A stretch of DNA of 64,000 bases from Dipteris shenzhenensis (lineage: Eukaryota). The stretch lies in assembly GCA_047967505.1 (NCBI GenBank), contig CM106538.1. One strand, given 5' to 3'. Made by a program: the position numbers and the translations under genes. This document shows, piece after piece, positions 24,601 to 36,474 of this stretch (its first letter is position 1; every line of letters starts with the position of its first letter). The notes beneath the pieces are model-generated. The model was given only the letters and a program-made list of their open reading frames with translations, ran no database searches and was not told where the DNA came from.

Positions 24601-25590
24601 CTGCCGCGGCAACGGCCCCCCCCTCTGTCTCTCCCCTCCCCTCCCCTCCCTCTCCCCCCTCTCTCTCTCTCCCCCCCTCTCTCTCGCTGCTCCCCCTTAT
24701 CTCTCTCCCCCCCTCCTCTCTCGCTGCCGTGGTAGCGCCCCCCCCTCTCTCTTCCCTCTCCCCCCCCCAGTGGCCCCCCCCTCCTCTCTCTCTCTCCCTC
24801 CCCCTCTCTCTCGCTCTCACATCCCCCCCTTCTCTCTCTTCCCCCTGCTCCTCTCTCGCTGCCGCGGCAGCAGCCCCCCCCTCTCTCTCTCCTGTCCCCT
24901 CCCCTTCCTCTCCCCCCTCTCTCTCTCCCCCCCCTCTCTTTCACTGCCCCCCCTTATCTCTCTCCCCCCCCTCCTCTCTCACTGCCGCGGTAGTGGCCCC
25001 CCCCCTCTCTCTTCCCTCTCCCCCCCCCCTCTCTTGCTACCGTGGCAGTGGCTCCCCCTCTCTCTCTCCCCTCCCCTCCCCTCCCCTCCCTCTCCCCCCT
25101 CTCTCTCTCCCCCCCCTCTCTCTCGCTGCCCCCCCTTCTCTCTCTCCCCCCTCCCTCTCTCGTTGCCGCGGCAGCGGCCCCCCCTCTCTCTCTCTCCCTC
25201 CCCTCTCTCTCGCTGCCCCCCCTTCTCTCTCTCCCCCCCCTCCTCTCTCGCTGCCGCGGCAGTGGCCCCCCCTCTCTCTCTCTCCCTCTTTTCTCTCTCG
25301 TGCCCCCCCTCTCTCTCTCCCCCCCCCTTCCTCTCTCGCTACCGCGGTAGCCCCCCCCTCCTCTCTCTCCCCCCTCCCCCTCCTCCCTCTCCCCCCCTCT
25401 CTCCGCTGCCGTGACAGCGTGTCGTGGCCTCCCCCCCCTCTCTCTCTCTCCCCCCCTCTCTCGCACTGCCGCGCCTCCCCCTTCTCTCTCTCCCCCCCTC
25501 TCCTCTCTCGCTGCTGCGGCAGCGGCCCCCCCTTCTCTCTCCCCCCCCCCTCCTCTCTCGCTGCCGCCACAGGTGCCCCCCCTCTCTCTC
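18853..25590 (-). repeat. Right arm of the 6.8-kb inverted repeat
   Basis: Reverse complement of 5304-12084. Confidence 0.95.
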
Positions 25591-26130
25591 TCTCCCTACC
25601 CCTCTCTCTCGCTGCTGTGGCCCCTCCCCTTCTCTCTCCCCCCCTCCTCTCTCGTTGCCGCGGTAGCGGCCCCCCCCTCTCTCTCTCCCCTGCCCTCCCC
25701 TCCCTCTCCCCTCCCCTCTCTCCACTGCCGCGGCAGCGGCCTCCCTCCCCTTTCTCTCACTGCCCCCCCTTCTCTCTCTCCCCCCCCTCCTCCTCTCTCG
25801 CTGTGCCACAGCCCCCCCTCTCTCTCTCTCCCTCCCCCTCTCTCTCGTTGCCGTGCCCCCCCTTCTCTGTCTCCCCCTCCCTCCTCTCTCGCTACCGCCT
25901 CTCCCTCTCCCCTCCCCTCCCCTCCCTCCCCCCCTCTCTCCGCTGCCGCGGCAGCGGCCTCCCCCTCCCCTCTCTCTCTCCCCCCCCTCGTGGCTTCCCC
26001 CCTCTCTCCCCTCTCTTCCCCCCCCTCCCCCTTCTCTCCTCCCTCCCTTTCTCTCCCCTCTCTTTCCCCCCCCTCTCTCCTCTCTCTCCCTCTCTCTTTC
26101 TCTCTCTCTCTTTTGCTTCCGAGGCAGCAA
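23800..26130 (-). repeat. GA-rich satellite (CT-rich on +), uninterrupted copy
   Basis: Reverse complement of 5304-7100, extending about 0.5 kb further. Confidence 0.95.
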
Positions 26131-26223
26131 GACTCTCTCTCTTATATTCTCTCTCTAAAATCTTTCCTTCACTTTTCTCTCTCTATAATAAAATTTCAAA
26201 GAATACAAATTTTTAAAAAAGTA

Positions 26224-26430
26224 CCTGGAAAAAAGTTGAAATCTATGCTTGTGCTTGCTTTTGCTCTTCCTCCTCTTTTTGCTTCTCCTCTTGCTCTTCC
26301 TTGTTGAAATGAGAGAAACAATGAGAGAAGGAGAGTATATATAAGAAAAACTAGGGTTTTAAGTGCTTCTCTCTCATTGGTCCTTCTATAGCATTATCTC
26401 CTCTCCCATTGGCCTCTCTATTAGATTATC
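26224..26430 (-). promoter_or_regulatory. Putative promoter and non-coding first exon of the cargo gene
   Basis: On the minus strand: two CCAAT motifs, AAACCCTAG telo-box (26351-26360), TATATA (26336-26343), then a CCAG|GTAC donor at 26224. Confidence 0.45.
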
Positions 26431-26442
26431 TTCTCTCTCTCT

Positions 26443-27385
26443 CCCACCCACTCCCATCCTCCCACCCCATTCCCACTCCCACTCCCACCCCCATCCTCCC
26501 ACCCCACCTCCCCCATTCTCACTCCCATGCCCACGCCCATTCTTTCACCTTCCCCATTACCACTCCCTCTCCCACTCCCATCCTCCCACCCCACCCCACC
26601 CACTCCCACCGTCACCCCACCCCCACCTCCCCCATTCCCACTCCCACTTCCACTCCCATTCTCCCACCCACTCCCTTCCTCCCACCTCCACCTCTCACTC
26701 CCACTCCCATCCTCCCACCCCCACCCCTCCCCCCCCATTCCCACTCCCACTCCCATTCTCCCACCCTTATCCTCCCACCTCACCCCTCCCACTCCCATCC
26801 TCCCACTCCCTCTCCCACTCCCATTTTCCCACCCCCCCACCTCCCCCATTCCCACTCCCACTCCCATTTTCCCACCCCCCCCACCTCCCCCATTCCCACT
26901 CCCTCCCCCATCCTCCCACCCCACCCCTCCCACTTCCACCCCCACCTCCCCCATTCCCACTCCCATCCTCCCACCTCACCCCTCCCACTTCCACCCCCAC
27001 CTCCCCCATTCCCACTCCCTCTCCCACTCCCATCCTCCCACTCCCACTCCCACTCCCATCCTCCCACCCTCACCCCACCCCCACCTCCTCCATTCCCACT
27101 CCCTCTCCCACTCCCACTCCCATTCTCCCACCCCCACCCCCACCTCCCCCATTCCCACTCCCTCTCCCACTCCCACTCCCATTCTCCCACCCCCACCCCC
27201 ACCCCCACCTCCCCCATTCCCACTCCCTCTCCCACTCCCACTCCCATCCTCCCACCCCTACCCCCACCCCCACCGCCCCATTCCCACTCCCTCTCCCACT
27301 CTCCCTTTCTCCCACTACCACCCTCCCACACTCCCTTTCTCCACTTTCCCACTCTCCCTTTCTCCCACTACCACCCTCCCAACTA
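26443..27385 (-). repeat. G-rich minisatellite (GGGAGT/GGGAAT/GGGGGT units on minus), G-quadruplex-prone
   Basis: cccactcccactcccattctcccacccccacc repeated on +. Confidence 0.95.
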
Positions 27386-27457
27386 TCAATTCCACTATTA
27401 CTTATGAATTCTAATTAAAACTATTACTTAAATAAATGATATTACTTGAAAACACTC

Positions 27458-28320
27458 ATAGGATTTAAGGTTTAGGATGTCGTGGTTTGGGTTTAGGATT
27501 TGGGGTTTGGTGAGTTAGGGTTTAGGGTTCAAGGTTTGAGGGTTAGGGTTTAGAGTTTGGTGGTTTAGGGTTTAGGGTTTGGGGGTTAGGGTTTAGGATT
27601 TAGGGTTTAGGGTTTAGGATTTAGGGTTTAGGGTCTAGGGTTTGGGGGTTAGGGTTTAGGGTTTAGGGTTTGGGGGTTAGGGTTAGAGTTTAAGGTTTAG
27701 GGTTTAGGGTTTGGGTTTAGGGTTTAGGGTTTAGGGTTTGGGAGTTAGGGTTTAGGGTTTAGGGTTTGGGAGTTAGGGTTTAGGGTTTGGGGGTTAGGGT
27801 TTAGAGTTTAGGGTTTGGGGGTTAGGGTTAAGGGTTTAGGGTTTAGGGTTTAGGGTTTAGGAGTTAGGGTTTAGGGTTTAGGGTTTCGGGGTTAGGGTTA
27901 AGGGTTTAGGGTTTAGGAGGTAGGGTTTAGGGTCTAGGGTTTAGGGTTTGGGAGTTAGGGTTTAGGGTTTGGGGGTTAGGGTTTAGGGTTTAGGGTTTGG
28001 GGGTTAGGGTTTAGGGTTTAGGATTTAGGGTTTGGGAGATAGGGTTTAGGGTTGAGGAGTTAGGGTTTAGAGTTTGGGGTTTAGGGTTTAGGGTTTGGGG
28101 TTTAGGGTTTGGGAGTTAGGGTTTGAGGTTTGAGGGTTAGGGTTTAGGGTTTAGGGTTTGGGGGTTAGGGTTTAGTGTTTAGGGTTTAGGGTTTGGGAGT
28201 TAGGGTTTAGGGTTGTTATTGGTTAGGGTTGAGGGTTGAGGGTTTAGGGTTTAGGGTTGTTTTGGTTTATGGTTTAGGGTTTAGGGTTTAGGGTTGTTAT
28301 TGGTTTACGGTTGTTATTGG
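27458..28320 (+). repeat. Interstitial degenerate plant telomeric repeat array (TTTAGGG)n
   Basis: About 850 bp of TTTAGGG mixed with TTTGGGG, GTTAGGG and TTTGGGAG variants. Confidence 0.97.
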
Positions 28321-28396
28321 TTAGTGTCTAATTAAATTTTCAAACAAGTTCTGGATTTTTAAATCATTAATAAAGTAGATTATTGAGAAGAGACTA

Positions 28397-31300
28397 ATGT
28401 TCTTTATAATGGTTGTTACAGCTTGTTTGCAAAGGAAACTCACAAAGGAGATGGCTACAAAATTTATTTCGGGGATGGAGGTGATTTTATGTTGCAAAAG
28501 AGAAGTAGTTGCATTTGCTACAATCCATGAAAGTGATCCAAATTCTATTTGTCACTTTAGAAGACTTGGCGAAGATAAGGTGGCGGTTATCGTATCAAGG
28601 ATTCTTAGTGCACATGTTGAGCTAAAGCATAAGTGTGGGGATATGGAAATCCTTGGAGATGTTATGCCCTATAATACTTCCAACAAAGCATTTATTGCAT
28701 GGGACAGAGATGAGACTTATCCAACACATGTCATCAGGAATACAAAGTGCATATCTTTGGATTTTAGAGTGGGAGATATTTTACAAATGTTAATCATTTA
28801 CAAATAAGTATGTAGCAGAAGGTCAAGTCTTGGGATTTGAACAAGTTGAACACTGGACATTTGTGCAAATGAGAATTCAAAAAGTTACTGATGATGGTAT
28901 GGATGATAACTCAATGTCATTGGATGGTCCCTACTATGAGGTAGGTAAGGATTTGAGATGGAGCATGCAATTTTTAAAGATTGGAAAGACTCGGCATGTG
29001 GTTTTTAATGATAAACATAATGTATACTACAACATCAAAGAATTGAAAGAATATGCCAATGTACCAAGCTCTATTCCTTCAGAGATGGATGATTCCAATG
29101 CACTCAACTATAGCACTGACGTCTTATCAGCAGATGTCGATGAGTTCATTGGTACCGAGAAAGAAAAATATTTCACAAGTGATGCCTTATCCGGGGTGGA
29201 TGAGTTCATGCACATTGAGAACTTGGGCAAAGATGTCAAAAGTGTTATATCTTCAAGCATGGATGGCTTCATGGATACTGATAAAGTTCTTGGAGTCAAA
29301 GCAGGTAACTATGGAATTATGGAAATCATGCACGATAGTATAATGAGTGATGTTCTCTCTGGAGTAGAGGAGTTTCAAGACTATGGAGTTATGAAATCCA
29401 TAGAAAGTGCATCAATGAGCGATGTTCTTTCAGGAATAGATGAGTTTGAAGATCATTCTGGACACTCTATCACCACTAACTATGGAGTTATGAAATCCAT
29501 AGAAAGTGCATCAATGAGTGATGTTCTCTCAGGAATAGATGAGTTTGAAGATCATTCGGGACACTCTAATGCCATTGTGACAAGTGGTTCTACGATTGTA
29601 TTAAAAGCAGGGATGAGATCAACAAAGGACTATTCGGTGTTTGACTTTGATTGTGAACTTGTAAATGTTACAAATGGTTTGAATGTATCAAAACCAAGGA
29701 GGACATCAACAAAGGAATATTCAGTATTTGACTATCAGAGTGATAAGATCAAGGATGCAACATCTCATGAAAACAACGTGACAAATAAATCTTACAAGGA
29801 GAACTACACAAATCCAAATAAGAATGTACAGAAGGTCCCAAAACGGACATACAAATGCATGAAAAGACAACGAGTGCAGGAAGATCCAGAAAAGCAACCA
29901 AAGAGAATAAGAGTAATGAATGAAGATGTTATGCTAAAAGCAATGCGATCTACATGTTGTAAGCATACATGTATGCGATCCATTAACTTACATGACATCA
30001 AGGGTTGTAGAGAACATGTCTGGCAAAGGAAAGGAAGCAGAAGAAATGAATACCTACTCACGAGATTGTCTTGCTTTCTTGTAAATGATAAGAGAAGGCG
30101 AAGTTCAGGACATCAAATAAGGCCTCTTATAAATGGAAAAAGTATATGCAATAATGCATATCGCATTATTACAGGATTATCACATGGCACATATTGGAAT
30201 TTGGCTAATAAAGCAAAGTATGGAGTTAAATTTAACATTCATGGAAACATAGGAAGGCCCAAAACAAGAGCCTCAACGGTTGCGGCAACAGCAATTTTGA
30301 AAGATTACATTTATGAAAATGCTTTACCGCAACCCCACCTATCAGAAATGCATCTTCCGATAGGTTTGACCAAAAAAGAAGTATTTAACTCTATTGGAGA
30401 AACACAGAGGCAAAGAGGGCATGCACCGCGGCATCTTTTCATACTTTGTATACTCTTTGGAAAAAAAGCTTTGGACATGTTAAAATCCCAAAGAGGAAAA
30501 AAATGTCAAAGTGCAACGACTGTGATGATCTAAAGTGAGCACTTGAGAGTGCAACATCTCCAGAACAAAAAGAAGCTTACAAAAGAAAGAGAGAATTTCA
30601 TCATGGACTTGTTTGACATTCTAGAATAAAATATGCATTTTGGAAGGAGCAAGCTATTTCTCACCCAAATGAGTACATGTGCATTATTGTAGATGGTATG
30701 GATCAAAATACAACAACATTACCTCGATTCGTTAACACTCCACCTAAGCTACAAGGCAAATACTTTTTAAAGACACATCTATGTGGAGTGTTAGTGCACG
30801 GATTTAAGTTTTTTGCATACATATGGATTGATTCCTTGCATCTACACGATAGCAATCAAGTTGTAACATCCGTTATGAAGGCAATTCACAATGTACATGT
30901 AGAAAAAGGTCGCCTACCAGCAACTTTGAGAATATAAGCAGACAATTGCGGACGAGAGAATAAGAATGTACTCTTCTTTGCATTTTGCTCAATGCTAATC
31001 GCTCATAGAATCTTCAATGAGACTGAAGTTGGGTTTTTGTTGGTTGGGCACACACATGAGGATATCGATCAGGTATTTAGCACAGTTTCAAAAGAACTAA
31101 AACACAAGGACATGGAGACAATGGATGACTTGATAAGAAAATGTGGGAGGCAAGTTGGTGGCCGTAAGGAAGGAACAATATGCTCAATGGTTGAGAGGAT
31201 GTATGATTGGAAGAGCTTTATTCTACCTTTCATACAAAAAGGTGGTGATGCCCTGATTGGTCATAGCGCTCCACACTATTTTCGATTTTTCTTAAAGGAT

Positions 31301-32161
31301 GAAAAACCAGTGATGCAATGGCAACACTATTCTCTTGATACAAAATGGGAACCTGAAGAACCTTACTCTCTCTTAACTTCAATCTCGAGCAAAGAAATGC
31401 ATCCAACATGGGCTCCTATAAAAGAATTCAGCGAGAAATCCAAAGGTGAAATAGAAGGCTTAAAAGCTTTTATTGCATACAAAGAGGAAATGCTCCGGAG
31501 ATTTCCTGATTGGAAGCCCTCTTGGAAGGAACACACTACTGTTGTAATTAGCAAGACCTACCAATTGATAAAGGACCTTGCAAAAATGCGAGAAGATGAT
31601 ATTAAGGCAGAACGGTCTTTATTTTGGCCAAATGTTGGTAATGACTTGCGTCCAGCATGTGGTCTCTTTGAAAATGAGTTTGAATCGTTGCTCCCACGTC
31701 CATATTGTGGACCCAAGAAGAGAGAGTTTATGCCACAAATAGACATAGATGTCCATTGTTTTGTTGCAGTTTGACCATCGGATGATGAACATGAGAACAT
31801 GAAATTTTGGGTTGCAAAAGTAGTTGACGTGAGCATGGATGACCGGGGGAGAGCTACAACATTTACAGCAGTATGGTATGAGCCAAGGGGCAGGAAGGAG
31901 AACCAAGATAACAGTACATTGTATAGTAGTTGTTTGAAAAAGGAATGGGTCCCAAACCATGAAGCAATTTCAAGACTTTCCATAGAGACAGTCATAGTAT
32001 CCTGGAAATCAAGGTCAAAGAAAACAAAGAAGCACATGGGGTATGATGTAGAAGACAAAATAAAATTACCGCAACCAATTATTACGCACATTACAGAGTT
32101 CACAAAGATGCTCGCCCGGGAGGAAGTAGAAGGAGATAGCACAAATGAAGAATGCCCATGA
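28397..32161 (+). pseudogene. Sola-like DDD/E transposase gene, disrupted by stops and frameshifts
   Basis: CCKHTC, INGKSICNNAY, HGN, VKIPK...SKCNDC, IIVDGMDQ, LPATLRI*ADNCGRENKN, FLLVGHTHEDIDQVFS, and C-terminal FWVAKV...WYEP. Superfamily assignment is from motif memory. Confidence 0.75.
29381..29568 (+). repeat. In-frame 99-bp tandem duplication
   Basis: YGVMKSIESASMSDVLSGIDEFEDHSGHS twice. Confidence 0.9.
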
Positions 32162-32846
32162 TAACACCATTCAAATATCGAGAAAGAGTGAAGGTGGTGG
32201 TGGTTGTCAGATGAGAGTGAATGAAGATGGCACCCAAGCGACAAGTGACAACAGAAAGGACATTATCTGAACAAGCAAATGTTTGGATCGCCCATTTGTA
32301 CTAAACTCATTGTAAAGGAAAAATTAAATTATTGAAAAGGCCACAGGAGATCCTTTGTACAAAGACTCATCCAGAGCAATATTTTTTGTAAAACTTATGA
32401 CATGATAATGTAAAATTGCAAGCATAGCTATTGCTATTTTTTGGAGTACAAAAGAGGCTTCCATCATGTCTCATGTGTATATAAACCTTTTAATAAATTC
32501 TTGAATATTCAAGAGTGTTATAGTTTTCTGCATTGAAAGTAAAAAGAGTCTTACAGGTCTCTTATGTATACATTTTTAAAATGTTGTGAATCCTCAATAG
32601 CATGGTTTTTCATGGATTTAAACTAATAACTCGGATTTTTTATTTTAAGAATATGATTCTTATAAACAAGAAATACAAATTTAGGATTTAATAGTAGTTT
32701 TTGTATTATTTGTACAACATTGTAGAGAGATATTTTGTAATGTCTTATGTGAAAATGATAGTGCCAGAAAGTAAACTTTTGATTCTCCTAAAGTAAACTT
32801 TTCAGTTGGGAAGGATTTTAAGGAATAGTCCAAAAGTAGACATATG

Positions 32847-32872
32847 AGTCCAAAATTAATGAAATAAGTGTT
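32847..32872 (+). mobile_element. Right TIR of the Sola-like element, followed by TSD GTAT (32873-32876)
   Basis: AGTCCAAAATTAATGAAATAAGTGTT, then gtattctctttcgt resumes the CACTA transposase (CILFRREH). Confidence 0.85.
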
Positions 32873-35800
32873 GTATTCTCTTTCGTCGTGAGCATGGAGA
32901 TTTGGCTAGTTGTCCAAAGTGTGGGGAACAACGATATAGAGATGACTTGCAGGGTGAGTGGATATCGGTAAAGGTCTTGAGACACTTTCCCATTATTGCA
33001 AGAATACAACACATGTTTCGATGCAAATCCATAGCGGAGTTGATGACATGGCATGCATCTCATCGGTCCACTGATGACACATTGAGGATTCCCGCAGATT
33101 GTGTAGCTTGGAAGCACACAGATAATCAGTGACCAGACTTTGCGAGGGAGCCACGCAACTTACATCTTGGGCTAGCCATGTATGGCGTGAATCCTTTCGG
33201 GTTACGCTCGACATCTTGGTCGACATGGCCCATAGTCATGGTGAATTACAATATCCCACCATGGCTAACAATAAAAAAGGGACACCTCATGCTTGCACTA
33301 CTTGTGCCAGGAAAGTACAAGGCAAAAAACATGGATGTGTACATGGCACCTTTGATAGAGGAGTTACAGATATTATGGAGAGGAGTGCAGGTCTTTGATA
33401 TTTCCAGAGCTCCTAGACATACCAATGATATTTTGGTCAGGGGTATCTTGATGTGGACCATGCATGACTACCCAGGGTATGGAGAGTGCAAAGGTACGTG
33501 GTTGTGTCTTTACATGTACAATGAGGGATTATGCTTTTTTTACTCTCTTTTGCATGCATGTCTTGTACTAACACATTCATGCACGCGTGCAGGACTTGTT
33601 CCAAGTGGGTACCATGCTTGTCCTATTTGTGGACCGGCTCTAAAATCGCTTGCACGCTACTCCAAACATATGAGGAAAAATGTTTATGAAGTTCATGCTC
33701 GATACCTTCCGCTCGACCATCTCGCACGTGGAGGTCAGCTTGATCCACCACCATCATATTTGAAGGCAAGTGATTGGATTCAAGCTTGGAGGGCAAATGG
33801 AGAGGAACCTCCTCCTGGTATGAAGAGGCTATCGATCTTTCACGAGCTTCCTTATTGGGGTCAGTTAAAAATCAACCATCTCTTGGATCCCATGCATATC
33901 TTCAAGAATGTGGGGGCTACTATTTGGGCACACTTGGTTGGTTCCAAGGACTCGAGAGGAGTGCGAGAAGACTTGCGTGCTATGAATAGGATGTCTCGTT
34001 TGTGGCCCCAAGTGCATGCTTCGGGAAAAGTTGTCCTCCCGAAAGCAATGTGGATCCTCTCTACGAGGGAGGAGGCAACAGTCAAGGCAGACATTGCCTC
34101 TTTTCAAACACCGACAGGTTACATGCGTTGCTTGAAAGGAGCATTTTCAAAGGACAATAAGCTTAGTGGCCTCAAGTCCCATGATTGGCACAAGGTCTTA
34201 CAGGTATTCTAAGTAGAATTAGTGTACTGATGATAGTGATGCGTTGGCGTAATTATTATTATGTTATATTGTTGACATGACTTCATTGTTGCTTTGATAG
34301 TTCATCCTCCCAATTACAATAAAAGGGTGCTTACAAGAAGATGTTAGAAATGCTATATTCAAGATCTGTGGTATTGTGAGGTATGCTTACTATCAAATCA
34401 CATTATGTATTTTCTTCATGGACATGTGAAATAGGTGGATATCTCAAATATCTTACATATGCATGGACATGTGAAATAGGTGGATATCTCAAAAGAGATC
34501 TCTATATCGAGCATCGAGAAGGCTAGGGTGGAATCCATCGAAGCCGTATGCTTGCTTGAGAAGCACTTTCCCTCGAGCATTATGACAACTCAAGTCCACT
34601 TGCTTGTGCACATAGTTGATGAGGTGGCTATAGCAGGTACCGTTCATAGTCGATGGATGTTTTTTCTCGAGCAATTTATGAAAACTTTAAAGGGGTTTGT
34701 AAGACAAAGAGCAAGACCAGAAGCAAGCATGGTAGAGGGATGGCTTGTGCAAGAGTCATTAGTATATATCACAGAGTTTCTTGCATCCACGGATCCTGAT
34801 ATGCCGCAAGCTTGGCATAACAAGGATGATGATCGCATCGTTGGCGAGGTTCCTCAAGGAGAAGGGATTGAAAGAAAGATGAGCGAAGAGCAAATGGAGA
34901 AATTCAGTAAGTTTTGTATCCTCAATAGCCCTGAGATGCAGAAGTGGAGTGAGAGATATGAAGTGGCCAAAGCAGAAAGAATAAATGCAAGGACGAGATT
35001 CAGAGTAATGTACAGGCGATCACAACCATATCCACGAGATCTGGCTCTTCTCCCTACTCACATGTCACTTGATTGGCTACAACTGGCTCTACGTAAAGCC
35101 GAACGTGATGGAGAGACAATAAGCGAGTGCGAGCGAGAGTTATCATCTGGATGTATGGTGCAAGTTTCTTATCTCTTGACGTAATTAAGTAATTATTTGT
35201 GGCAATATATGCTATAAAATAGGTGCATCTTCATTGTTTTAATGATGCTCTTTTACAGTACAAAAAGTACAGTGCATTATGGTCATATGGACGACATTCT
35301 CGTGTGGAACGCATTGATTCAAAGAGAGTCACATATGATTGTGGAGTCATGGATAACTTCACACAAGATAGCCGAGCAAGTGCTTCAGATACCAATCTTC
35401 TCTCCTCACAGTTGGATTATTGTGGAACCATATGCGACATCTATGAAATTGATTTCAGATGATTTACTATTTTCATTCTTGATGTAAAATGGTTTAGAAC
35501 TACTTACAACGGTCCCCATGCGACAGTGAGAAAAGATAGTAGCGGTCTCTTTGCAATAGACTCCACCAAACATTGGACCAATGAAAGTGATACTTTTGTT
35601 CTTCCCGAGCACTGTGAGCAGGTGCATACTAATGATTTAATTAGTCGAAGCTTTCGTTTTTAAAGTCCATTGATATATATATAATTGACGACATTTGGCA
35701 CCCATCTTCAATATAGGTGGTTTTTCATCCGGATCGTTCTGATCCAAGATGGTGGTACGTGATCCAAGTTGCACCACGAAGTAAGCAAATTTTTGAAGAT

Positions 35801-36135
35801 CGAGATGTGGATATGGAGATCCCACTACCAATGCCGGATCCAATTGATGAATCTAGCGAAGAAGATGTAGATCACCATATGAGCCAAGAGGAAGATGCGC
35901 ATAATGACATCACACGGGAGCAGGATGGAGATCATGATATTGACGAAGAAGACAACAATCATCAAGATCAATCACCACACTTAAGCTTTATTGAAGAAGA
36001 TGATCAAATACCTTTAGGTGAACGTGCGATGCTAGAGATATAGGAGATCAACTCGGTATAGAGTTGGAGATAGACTTGCTTGGCACCTTAGACTTGGCTC
36101 AAGATGAAACAATTGATGTAAATGCTCTTATTTGA
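32873..36135 (+). pseudogene. CACTA/En-Spm (Tnp2-type) transposase, main and 3' exons
   Basis: CPKCGEQRY, GVNPF, YNIPPW, MHDYPG, HLLDPMHIFKNV, GLKSHDWH, VHLLVH, RWMFFLE, PEASMVEG, DTFVLPEHCEQVVF. GT-AG introns at about 33494-33592, 34204-34300, 34381-34479, 35164-35258 and 35622-35716. Confidence 0.95.
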
Positions 36136-36309
36136 TTTTTCTCATCTCAAATTTGGACATGAATATATGAGCTTCAAAGGCTTGATGTACATGCTCTCAT
36201 TTTTTTATTCTCTATGAGTTCAAACATGTATGAAAATTTAAAAAAATTTGTCATTGGAAAAAACTAACTTTTCAGGCCTTTAAAAAAAAAAAAAACATCT
36301 CTGTAAAAA

Positions 36310-36474
36310 CGTCGCTATAATATTTTGTCTCAGTGTCGCTATATAGCGACTTTTTCTAAAAAGTCGCTATATAGCGACGATTTACGAAACCCACTTTTTA
36401 TACCGACGATTAGCGCTAAGTGGGTGCTAAACATCGGTACGTAAACGTCGTAATAGGATCCGCGTGTAGTAGTG
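36310..36474 (+). mobile_element. CACTA 3' terminus with subterminal repeats
   Basis: Ends GTAGTAGTG (reverse complement CACTACTAC), preceded by gtcgctatatagcgac repeats. Sequence switches to cargo-gene homology at 36475. Confidence 0.9.

Noticed and set aside
23687-27418. ORFs up to 815 aa resembling extensins or Pro-rich proteins
   Set aside because: All frames are open across simple repeats, so there is no evidence of coding.
27458-28320. True chromosome end or telomere fusion
   Set aside because: The array is degenerate, has a single orientation and is embedded in continuous sequence on both sides.
31558-32244. 228-aa antisense ORF and similar shadow ORFs over TE genes
   Set aside because: Opposite-strand shadows of recognisable coding regions, with no motifs of their own.
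34418-34493. Duplicated splice acceptor (atggacatgtgaaataggtggatatctcaaa twice) as regulated alternative splicing
   Set aside because: The duplication is real, but it is most simply a local slippage event in a dead gene.
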